From Clostridia bacterium (GTDB lineage Bacteria > Bacillota > Clostridia > TANB77 > CAG-508), in assembly GCA_017470645.1 (NCBI GenBank), contig JAFUYJ010000017.1, forward strand, positions 5,463 through 69,462: a stretch of DNA of 64,000 nt, in the 5' to 3' direction. Each line of letters opens with the position of its first letter. Within the stretch, counting starts at the first letter, position 1. The translations under genes and the position numbers were made by a program. Positions 49,244-56,844 of the stretch are shown in pieces. The notes under the pieces were generated by a model that saw only the letters and a program-made list of their open reading frames with translations, was not told the DNA's origin and did no database searches.

Positions 49244-49445
49244 TTGAATTCCTCCAAAAATCATTTGTCTATTTGAAACATTTAAGCTAAATTCTTAAAT
49301 GTTTTGTCTACTTTTTTGAAATTATATCACTAATTCTTAAATTTTGTATAGACATTTTTTCAAATTTATTAACACTTTTTTCAATTTTGAATACTATATA
49401 CCATACAAAAGAACAAAATTAAAGTTCTTTTTAGGAGGTACCATT

Positions 49446-49553
49446 ATGGGAAATTGTTGTAATAATAGTGAAATCTTATGGTTCATTATTTTGTTCTTAC
49501 TTCTTTTCTGCTGTTGTGGAAACAACAATGACTGTGGTTGCGGATGCAACTAA
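49446..49553 (+). CDS. Tiny Cys-rich single-TM peptide (35 aa), YjcZ-like class suspected
   Basis: MGNCCNNSEILWFIILFLLLFCCCGNNNDCGCGCN; RBS AGGAGG 7 nt upstream. The track ORF starts further upstream. Confidence 0.6.
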   Translation: MGNCCNNSEILWFIILFLLLFCCCGNNNDCGCGCN

Positions 49554-49592
49554 TTAGAAAATTTCTTAACTTTTAGAAAGGGGGGAATTTCT

Positions 49593-49712
49593 ATGCCAGA
49601 AAACAGAGGATGCGGATGTGGATTCGGTTTTGGTGATGACTGCTGCTGGATAATAATATTATTTATATTAATAATATGTTGTTGCGGTGGAAATGGTAGA
49701 GGTTGTTGCTAG
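49593..49712 (+). CDS. Tiny Cys/Gly-rich single-TM peptide (39 aa), paralog of 49446..49553
   Basis: Below the track cutoff. Own translation: MPENRGCGCGFGFGDDCCWIIILFILIICCCGGNGRGCC. RBS AAAGGGGGG. Confidence 0.55.
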   Translation: MPENRGCGCGFGFGDDCCWIIILFILIICCCGGNGRGCC

Positions 49713-49748
49713 TAGAATGGTGAAACGTAGTCTTGCCATAAAGAAAGA

Positions 49749-49777
49749 GCGATTCAGTTGTGAATCGCCCTTTTTTT
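49749..49777. terminator. Intrinsic terminator between convergent genes
   Basis: GCGATTCA-GTTG-TGAATCGC followed by CC and T7. Confidence 0.7.
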
Positions 49778-49779
49778 GT

Positions 49780-50145
49780 TTACGCAGTTTTTATTTTTTC
49801 AAGAAGCTGTTCTAGGAAGTTTTCTGCTACCAGATTGTCTCTAAACAATCCTTTTAAGATAGTTCCAGTAGGAGCCTTGAACTCCGTTCCGTAATGAATC
49901 TTAATCCACGCCTTCCTGTCAGACTGAAGAACCATGAAAGTTGTGTTTCTTTCAATAAACTCTTCGTATATCGTCTTAGCCTCTTCAGCAGTATCGCAAT
50001 GCTTTATAACTGCGTAGTTGTCCTCATATAACCGCTCTTCTGAGTAGTTCATGAAGATCTTCGGAGGCTCGTTGCCATCTTTGTTGACAGCAACAATGTA
50101 GTTGTGCTGGTGTGTGTACATTCTCTTCATAACTCTGTTGTCCAT
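49780..50145 (-). CDS. Hypothetical 121-aa protein in a G+C-richer islet
   Basis: Clean ORF with no motif I recognise. Composition differs from flanks: 29 G+C in the 60 nt 49861-49920 versus 14 in 50641-50700. Confidence 0.55.
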   Translation of the reverse strand: MDNRVMKRMYTHQHNYIVAVNKDGNEPPKIFMNYSEERLYEDNYAVIKHCDTAEEAKTIYEEFIERNTTFMVLQSDRKAWIKIHYGTEFKAPTGTILKGLFRDNLVAENFLEQLLEKIKTA

Positions 50146-50246
50146 ATTATTTACCTCGCTTTATTATATTTCTCCTTTTAGGAGTTCATTATTATTATAC
50201 TACAATTTTACATAAAATGCAAATTTTATGCCGGTTCTGATTTGGT

Positions 50247-50307
50247 CAGCCCAACCAATAAAAAAAATGTAGTACATTATAGTAACTACATTTTTTTGGT
50301 TGGGCTG
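50247..50307 (-). terminator. Long hairpin/terminator that includes the 3' acceptor strand of tRNA-Gln
   Basis: CAGCCCAACCAA (50247-50258) is the reverse complement of TTGGTTGGGCTG (50296-50307, the tRNA 3' end). Inner stem ATGTAGT/ACTACAT is flanked by A8/T7 runs. Confidence 0.6.
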
Positions 50308-50371
50308 GCTAGATTCGAACTAGCGCATGTCAGAGTCAAAGTCTGATGCCTTACCGCTTGGCTACAGCCCA
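50297..50371 (-). tRNA. tRNA-Gln (anticodon UUG), CCA encoded
   Basis: Hand fold: acceptor TGGGCTG/CAGCCCA, anticodon arm TCAGA-CTTTGAC-TCTGA, T arm GCTAG-TTCGAAT-CTAGC, discriminator A then CCA. Confidence 0.9.
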
Positions 50372-50390
50372 ATGTATTAAGTTTATTTGA

Positions 50391-50468
50391 TGGGGTGGAA
50401 GATGGGTCTCGAACCCACGACCTCTGGGACCACAATCCAGCGCTCTAACCAACTGAGCTACATCCACC
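50391..50468 (-). tRNA. tRNA-His (anticodon GUG) with G-1, CCA encoded
   Basis: Hand fold: G-1 opposite C73, D arm GCTC-AGTTGGTTA-GAGC, anticodon loop TTGTGGT, T loop TTCGAGA. Irregular pairs U6.U67 and A31.C39 noted. Confidence 0.8.
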
Positions 50469-50498
50469 ATAAGCATAACTTATCGCAATGCATTTATA

Positions 50499-50527
50499 AT
50501 TTTACCCCATCTTTATATTTTTGTCAA
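50499..50527 (-). promoter_or_regulatory. Sigma-A consensus promoter of the tRNA-His/tRNA-Gln unit
   Basis: Minus strand reads TTGACA, 17 nt, TAAAAT, about 30 nt upstream of tRNA-His. Confidence 0.7.
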
Positions 50528-50553
50528 TAGTTTAAGATTAAAAAACTTTAATT

Positions 50554-51216
50554 TTATTCTACCCTTGCACATACAACTAATCTATTTGCGCCTGTTCTAT
50601 CGCATGTAACTAATGTAACTTCTATTTTTCCATCAGTTTGTCTTGTTATATATGATGTATCATTTTCTGGAGTGTAATACTTATTAAATATAGTATACTC
50701 CATTTTATTTCCTTGCATATCAGTTATATATATTTTATCTCCAACTTTTAGATTTTTATTCTTTCCAAAGAAAAGTCCATTATTATAGTTATGCCCTATA
50801 ATTACGGTATTTCCTGGAACATTTACGCCAGGGCCATATAAAATACCAACTGAATATTCTATAGCCTTTGCATTCGTAATAGTATCTAAAATTGGATATC
50901 TAATATTAATTATAGGCATTTCTAATTTTCCAGCGACTTTAAATCCTTTATAGTATAAACCATCTGTATTTGCTCCACCCCAATTTCCATTTCCAGATCC
51001 TGATGGTTGTGATGGTTGTTCAGGATTCTCTTCTGGATTTTCTTCTTTAGCCTTGTTTAATTCAACATAGTATTCCTCTAATTCATTATCTATAAAATTA
51101 CCTGTATCAGCGTTGGTTTTATACTTTTTATAGTATCCATATCCTAAATACGCAAGTGTACCAGTTATTGCTATAAGTAGAACTACTAAAATACCTGATA
51201 ATACTTTATTATACAT
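50554..51216 (-). CDS. Sortase family transpeptidase
   Basis: N-terminal TM anchor, catalytic His context IIGHN, TLVTC active-site motif, conserved Arg near the C-terminus. Confidence 0.85.
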   Translation of the reverse strand: MYNKVLSGILVVLLIAITGTLAYLGYGYYKKYKTNADTGNFIDNELEEYYVELNKAKEENPEENPEQPSQPSGSGNGNWGGANTDGLYYKGFKVAGKLEMPIINIRYPILDTITNAKAIEYSVGILYGPGVNVPGNTVIIGHNYNNGLFFGKNKNLKVGDKIYITDMQGNKMEYTIFNKYYTPENDTSYITRQTDGKIEVTLVTCDRTGANRLVVCARVE

Positions 51217-51253
51217 TATTTTTTCCTCCGTTTAAATATTGTTTTTACACCAA

Positions 51254-51613
51254 TTAACCAACTATCTTAGTTCCTAATTTTCTTCCTGCCAATAAATGAT
51301 AATGTAAATGCATTACTTCTTGCCCTGCATCTTTACCACAATTAACAATCACTCTAAATCCTTCTTGCTCAATGTTTAAATCTTTTGCTAATTTATTAAT
51401 AACCTTTTGAATTTTACCAACTAATTCATAATCATCATCTTCCAACTTTAATAATGATTCAATATGTTTCTTAGGAACAACTAATATATGAATTGGTGCT
51501 GCCGGATTAATATCTTTAAAAGCCAACACCTCATCATCCTCATATACTTTTTCAGAAGGAATTTCCCCCTTAATTATTTTACAAAAAATACAATCATCCA
51601 TTTCTCTCACCAC
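51254..51613 (-). CDS. HIT family (histidine triad) protein
   Basis: CIFCKII... and HLHYHLL triad. True start probably the internal ATG (MDDCIF, 51601). Confidence 0.9.
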   Translation of the reverse strand: MVREMDDCIFCKIIKGEIPSEKVYEDDEVLAFKDINPAAPIHILVVPKKHIESLLKLEDDDYELVGKIQKVINKLAKDLNIEQEGFRVIVNCGKDAGQEVMHLHYHLLAGRKLGTKIVG

Positions 51614-51681
51614 AAAGCGCTATTTTATAAGCCCTTTTCCTTTCTTAAGTTTTCTTATAAATTCTCAAAACAAACAATAAT

Positions 51682-51874
51682 CAGTAGAGTAGTAAAAATG
51701 TAGTGCTTGGATTTATATATTAAATGTAGTACGAGCGCGCAGTTTGGCACGTTTTAGTATAACCGATAAAAGGAGCACCAAACCTAAACATTTATCACAC
51801 CCAAACTCCTTTTATCTTATACTAAAACCGGCCAGTAAGCTCACGGAATTTAATATATAAATCCAAGCACTACA
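51682..51874. repeat. Nested-hairpin element copy A (27-bp unique outer stem plus conserved core)
   Basis: Outer arms 51699-51725 / 51848-51874 are perfectly complementary. Core 51726-51847 is homologous to 55194-55319. GTAGAGTAG sits at 51684-51692. Confidence 0.8.
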
Positions 51875-51897
51875 CATATTTTTTGACGGTTATAACA

Positions 51898-53667
51898 TTA
51901 GCATAAAATAGCTTTAATTCTCCTAACCCCCGCAGAACTAGCTTCCTCTTTCTTAATCTTAAAAGTTCCCAATTCAGAAGTATTAGCCACATGAGGTCCA
52001 CCGCATATTTCTAATGATACATCCCCTATTTTATACACAGTAACAATATCAGGATATCTTTCAATAAATTCACATTCAGCCCCCATTTTTACCGCTTCTT
52101 CTTTTGGCATTTCTAACCTTTCAACAGGAATAGCCATTTTAATATATTCATTTACCAAATCCTCTGCTTGTTTCTTTTGCTCATCTGTCATTTTCTCATC
52201 TTGAGTAAAGTCAAATCTCATTCTCTCTGCTGTAATATTACTTCCTCTTTGATGAACATGCGCACCTAAAACAACTTTTAATGCAGCATTCAATAGATGT
52301 GTTGCAGTATGATATTTAGTTTCCATTTCGCCAGTTGATGCTAAACCACCTTTAAATTTTTGCTCTGAACCAGCTCTTGATTTAGCTTGATGTTCTTCAA
52401 ATTTTGCTTTGAATCCATCCATATCAACAGTTAAACCTTGCTCTTTTGCAAGTTCTTCTGTTAATTCAATTGGAAATCCATATGTATCATACAATTTAAA
52501 TGCTGTATCTTTATCTATTGAACCATCTTGAATATTTTTTGTAATTTTTTCAAACTCTCTTAGTCCTTTTTCCAAAGTTCTATTGAATTTTACTTTTTCA
52601 TTTTTTAGTGCATCTAATATAAATTGTGTATTTCTTTCTAATTCTTTGTAATAAGCTTTATACTCATTTATTACAATACTTGCCAATTCTTGTTCCCAAT
52701 TAGAATCAATTTGAATATCAATTTGTTTTGCATATCTTATCATTCTTCTAATTAATCTTCTAAGAATATACCCTTGGTCTTTATTTGATGGCATTATTTT
52801 AGCATCATCACCTAAAATAATAACAACTGCTCTTATGTGATCTGCTATAATTCTTATATATTTAGTATAGTTTTCATCATCATAATTCTTTCCAGAAACT
52901 TCTTCTATTTTAGCAATTATATCTTTCCAAATTGATGATTTGTAATTATCTGTTTGTCCTTCTAAAATTGCTGTAACTCTTTCTACACCCATTCCTGTAT
53001 CAACATTTTTATTTTTTAATGGTGTAAATGTTCCATCTGGATTATGCATATATTGCATAAATACGTTGTTCCAAATTTCAACCCAATTATCATTTTCTGG
53101 ATCGAATTTTTCAGGAACTGCTTCATTACTTCTCCAATAAAAAATTTCTGTATCTGAACCACAAGGTCCTGTAGCTTCCATGTTTGGCCACCAGTTATCA
53201 TCTTCACCTAAATATGCAATTCTTTCTTCTTTAATACCTTGTTCCATCCAAATTTTAGCTGCTTCACTATCAGCTGGAATCATATCATTTCCTCTAAATA
53301 CTGTTACAGCCAATCTTTCTATTGGTATATTTAAATGTTTTGTTAATAATTCAAAACTCCATTCAATTGATTCTTTTTTGAAGTAATCTCCTAAAGACCA
53401 GTTTCCAAGCATTTCAAAAAATGTATGGTGAGTTTTATCTCCAACTTCATCTAAGTCATTTGTTCTAAAACACTTTTGAACATCTGTTAATCTTGTTCCT
53501 TCTGGATGTGGTTCACCTTTTAAGTATGGAACCAATGGTTGCATTCCAGCTGTGTTAAATAATACTGTTGGGTCATTTTCTGGTATTACTGGTGCGCTTG
53601 GAATTATTTTATGTCCTTTACTTTCAAAAAATTTTAAATATGTATCTTTTAAATTTAAGCTTTCCAT
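51898..53667 (-). CDS. alaS: Alanine--tRNA ligase, short form (589 aa; no C-Ala domain, minimal editing core)
   Basis: N-terminal AlaRS blocks (FNTAGMQP, FFEMLGNWS, GMGVERV). C-terminal HTATHLL (HxxxH) and CGGPH (CxxxH). The protein ends ~30 aa later. ATG 53667 follows RBS GAAGGAG. Confidence 0.85.
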   Translation of the reverse strand: MESLNLKDTYLKFFESKGHKIIPSAPVIPENDPTVLFNTAGMQPLVPYLKGEPHPEGTRLTDVQKCFRTNDLDEVGDKTHHTFFEMLGNWSLGDYFKKESIEWSFELLTKHLNIPIERLAVTVFRGNDMIPADSEAAKIWMEQGIKEERIAYLGEDDNWWPNMEATGPCGSDTEIFYWRSNEAVPEKFDPENDNWVEIWNNVFMQYMHNPDGTFTPLKNKNVDTGMGVERVTAILEGQTDNYKSSIWKDIIAKIEEVSGKNYDDENYTKYIRIIADHIRAVVIILGDDAKIMPSNKDQGYILRRLIRRMIRYAKQIDIQIDSNWEQELASIVINEYKAYYKELERNTQFILDALKNEKVKFNRTLEKGLREFEKITKNIQDGSIDKDTAFKLYDTYGFPIELTEELAKEQGLTVDMDGFKAKFEEHQAKSRAGSEQKFKGGLASTGEMETKYHTATHLLNAALKVVLGAHVHQRGSNITAERMRFDFTQDEKMTDEQKKQAEDLVNEYIKMAIPVERLEMPKEEAVKMGAECEFIERYPDIVTVYKIGDVSLEICGGPHVANTSELGTFKIKKEEASSAGVRRIKAILC

Positions 53668-53761
53668 TATATCTCCTTCTTCAGTTGTGAGCGTAGTTAT
53701 ACGCATCTACCAACTCTTATTTTATCAATTAAAATCCTTTATAATTATATCTCAAAAATAT

Positions 53762-55054
53762 CTATTTTGCAATACTTCCAATCAAATGCATTCTATCATT
53801 TTTTTCTACTTTTACATTAACGATTTTATTTTCTAGATTATCACCTTTTGCCCACACTTCAATATAATTTTTAGTATGTCCTTTGTAGTAATCCCCATCT
53901 TTTTCTTCAAATAAAACTTCTACTATTTTATCAACATACTCAGAATTATACTTTTCTTCATTCTCGTCAGATAATCCCAAAAGTACTTTGCTTCTTTGTT
54001 CTTTAATAGAACCATCAATTTGATTTGGCATTACAGCAGCTTTCGTACCTTTTCTCTGAGAATATTTAAAAATGTGCATTTTGTAGAAAGCAATTTTTTT
54101 CAAAAATTCATAAGTTGCATTAAATTCATCATCTGTCTCTCCTGGAAATCCAACAATAACATCTGTTGTTAAAGCTGCATTTGGAAATGCTTTTCTAAGA
54201 AGTTTCGTTCCATCTTCAAACTCTTTACAAGTATATCTTCTATTCATTCTTCTTAAAGTTTCATCACAACCACTTTGTAATGAAAGATGAAAATGATCAC
54301 ATATTTTATCTAATTTAGCCAATCTTGAAACAAACTCGTCTGTAATTATTGTTGGCTCTATTGACCCTAAACGAATTCTTTTTAATCCATCAATTTTATT
54401 TAATTCTTCTAATAAATCTATTAAAGTAATCTCATAATTAAAATCTTTTCCATAAGATGCAATATGAATTCCAGTAATTACAATTTCTTGCATGCCGTTA
54501 TCCACAATTTGTTCAACTTCGCTGATAATATTTTCTATTTTTCTGCTTCTAACTCTTCCACGAGCAAAAGGAATTATACAATATGAACAAAATCTATCAC
54601 AACCATCTTGAATTTTAACAACAGCTCTAGTCTTCTCTGTATATGTAGTTGTTCCAAACTCAACATACTCTTTTTTGTGCATTACATCAGAAATTATTGC
54701 ATTCTTCTCATTTTGATAATTCTCTATAATTTCAACAATATCTTTTTTCTCATTATTTCCAATTATCAAATCTATATCATCAATCTTCTCTAATTCATCC
54801 TTACCAACCTGTGCATAACACCCACACGCAACTAAAACCGCTTCTGGATTAATTTCCTTAACCCTTCTTAACATCTGCCTAGACTTTCTATCAGCAATAT
54901 TAGTAACAGTACAAGTATTTACAATATACACATCCGCAACATCAGTAAATTCAACTACTTCATATCCATTTTCTATAAACTCCTGAGACATCGCATTTGT
55001 TTCATACTGATTAACCTTACATCCCAGCGAAATAAAAGCAACTTTTTTACCCAA
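53762..55054 (-). CDS. mtaB: tRNA t6A37 methylthiotransferase MtaB (radical SAM MiaB family)
   Basis: KVAFISLGCKVNQYE N-terminus, radical SAM CDRFCSYC, TRAM-like C-terminus. TTG start at 55054 follows RBS AAAGGAGAGG; the track ORF is over-extended to 55174. Confidence 0.85.
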   Translation of the reverse strand: MGKKVAFISLGCKVNQYETNAMSQEFIENGYEVVEFTDVADVYIVNTCTVTNIADRKSRQMLRRVKEINPEAVLVACGCYAQVGKDELEKIDDIDLIIGNNEKKDIVEIIENYQNEKNAIISDVMHKKEYVEFGTTTYTEKTRAVVKIQDGCDRFCSYCIIPFARGRVRSRKIENIISEVEQIVDNGMQEIVITGIHIASYGKDFNYEITLIDLLEELNKIDGLKRIRLGSIEPTIITDEFVSRLAKLDKICDHFHLSLQSGCDETLRRMNRRYTCKEFEDGTKLLRKAFPNAALTTDVIVGFPGETDDEFNATYEFLKKIAFYKMHIFKYSQRKGTKAAVMPNQIDGSIKEQRSKVLLGLSDENEEKYNSEYVDKIVEVLFEEKDGDYYKGHTKNYIEVWAKGDNLENKIVNVKVEKNDRMHLIGSIAK

Positions 55055-55091
55055 TTTTACCTCTCCTTTTATTTTACATAATTTACTCTCT

Positions 55092-55120
55092 ATTATATAT
55101 TCAAAACCCCTATATGTCAA
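55092..55120 (-). promoter_or_regulatory. Sigma-A consensus promoter of mtaB
   Basis: Minus strand reads TTGACA, 17 nt, TATAAT, immediately downstream of repeat copy B. Confidence 0.7.
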
Positions 55121-55144
55121 CACAAACACACTCATTTTTTCATA

Positions 55145-55358
55145 CTGTAGAGTAGCAGAAACATAAAAATACAAAAAGCAAATAATATTAACAACGAAGT
55201 ACGAGGCGCGCAGCTTGGCACGTTTTAGTATAACTGATAAAAGGAGCTCTAAGCCCGAACATTTATCGCACCCAAACTCCTTTTATCTTATACTAAAACC
55301 GGCCAGTAAGCCTACGTAGTGTTAATATTATTTGTTTTTTGTATTTTTATGTTTTTGC
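55145..55358. repeat. Nested-hairpin element copy B (39-bp unique outer stem plus conserved core)
   Basis: Outer arms 55155-55193 / 55320-55358 pair over 39 positions with only two G.T mispairs. Core is 55194-55319. GTAGAGTAG at 55147-55155. Confidence 0.8.
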
Positions 55359-55373
55359 GGCCACCTTCAACAA

Positions 55374-56687
55374 CTAATCCCCATAAGCCGGCACCACATA
55401 CATATCAGAATCCATCTTCTGCACAACCGCCTTATAAGTCTCATACACACTCTTATAATTAGACAAATACTTACCAATATTCTCATTACTAAACGGAACA
55501 ACCTTAAAATTACTCCAACTACTCTTATTATAAGAAGTAAATATCAACTCATTCTTAACATCATCAATTTTAATTTCCGTCTTTCCATTCTTAACAGTTT
55601 TAGTTATATTAACAGAAGTCATTAACCCAACCATCTTATTATAATTTTGATCTTGCAACTGCGCAGAAACAAAATTTCCTAAAGAATAAATTACTAATGT
55701 ATCATCAATCCAAGTAACCGGTTGAATTACATGTGGATGTGCCCCAATCACTATATCAACATCATTATCAGCCAAAAACTTAGCAGAATCTTCTTGATAC
55801 TTTGTTGGAGTATGTGTATATTCAACTCCCCAGTGCATTGCCACCATTAATACATCAACATCTCCTCTAACTGCTTCAATGTCTTTTTTTACTTGCTCTT
55901 TATATGCTTGATAATCTTTATCTTTGCTTGGATCATTAATACTTAAATCTGTTGGCCAAACATTAACCAAATACTCTTTTCCTTTAGGAACTGCTATTCC
56001 ATTTGTTCCATATGTATAATTAAGCATAGCATATTTTATACCATTTTTTTCTCTTATTTGAACTTTATTTCTTTCTTCTTCAGATGTGTATGTTCCAACA
56101 GCTAAAACTTCATCTTCATGTTTTTTCCAATATTCAATAGAAGCTAAAATCGCTTTTTCTCCTCTATCCATTGTATGATTTGTTGCTAAACTTACTATAT
56201 TGAATCCAGCATCAAGCATAGCATCTCCTGCTTCTTGAGGTGAATTAAATGTTGGATAATCTGATACTCCTAGCTCACTTCCACCTAATACTGTTTCTTG
56301 ATTATAGTATGCCAAATCATAATCTTTAACTTCTTCTTTTATATATTCTATAATTGGTTTAAAATCATATTGATTTTTTCCGCCACCTGCTAATCTGTTA
56401 GCATCTTTATATACACTACTATGAATTAAGTTATCACCAACCATTACTAATGATACGCTTGTTGTTTTTTCTTCTTGTGTATTAGAAGCTTTCGTTTCTT
56501 GAAGCTTTTCCATACTAATACCAAGTAAATTACTACTTACACCATTATTGTTATTATTATCATTATGATTCATTAATTTAACCGTACCATAAATTGTACC
56601 TATAACTAAAGCAATTAATATCAATAGCACAATCCACAATTTAACCACTACTTGTTTCTTTGTTCTTCTCTTTCTCTTCTTTCCCAT
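55374..56687 (-). CDS. CapA/PGA-synthesis family metallophosphoesterase-like protein, membrane-anchored
   Basis: N-terminal K/R-rich segment plus TM; MVGDN, ATNH and HWGVEY blocks typical of CapA family. Confidence 0.8.
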   Translation of the reverse strand: MGKKRKRRTKKQVVVKLWIVLLILIALVIGTIYGTVKLMNHNDNNNNNGVSSNLLGISMEKLQETKASNTQEEKTTSVSLVMVGDNLIHSSVYKDANRLAGGGKNQYDFKPIIEYIKEEVKDYDLAYYNQETVLGGSELGVSDYPTFNSPQEAGDAMLDAGFNIVSLATNHTMDRGEKAILASIEYWKKHEDEVLAVGTYTSEEERNKVQIREKNGIKYAMLNYTYGTNGIAVPKGKEYLVNVWPTDLSINDPSKDKDYQAYKEQVKKDIEAVRGDVDVLMVAMHWGVEYTHTPTKYQEDSAKFLADNDVDIVIGAHPHVIQPVTWIDDTLVIYSLGNFVSAQLQDQNYNKMVGLMTSVNITKTVKNGKTEIKIDDVKNELIFTSYNKSSWSNFKVVPFSNENIGKYLSNYKSVYETYKAVVQKMDSDMYVVPAYGD

Positions 56688-56844
56688 ATTATCCCCCTAT
56701 TTCTACAAAATTCGACTTCATTATATCAGTCTTTTTTGTGGTTTTCAATGGAAAAACAAAACATTGTTAATTGTTTTAAAAAAACATATTTTATATTTAA
56801 ATTACATATATATTAAATAATAAAAAACGGAGGTTAATTAAGAT

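Noticed and set aside
49275-49305. 11-12-bp hairpin GAAACATTTAAG/CTTAAATGTTT(T) in the mutL / Cys-peptide divergent region.
   Set aside because: It is an isolated short hairpin with no repeat elsewhere in the window and no clear link to either start. The evidence is insufficient for a regulatory call.
19094-51730. Recurrent (A/T)GTAGT words in or next to many hairpins (19098, 25349, 39685, 50268, 51700, 51726, 57691).
   Set aside because: The 5-6-mer is expected more than 100 times in this window by composition. I could not show enrichment without counting, so I do not claim it as a motif.
51760-51830. Possible ~23-aa peptide inside the conserved core of the nested-hairpin element. On the minus strand copy A reads MFRFGAPFIGYTKTCQTARSYYI and copy B reads MFGLRAPFISYTKTCQAARLVLRC.
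   Set aside because: The GGAG-to-ATG spacing is ~14 nt. Substitutions between copies are mostly non-synonymous. An indel shifts the frame at the 3' end. The pattern fits RNA or DNA structure, not coding.
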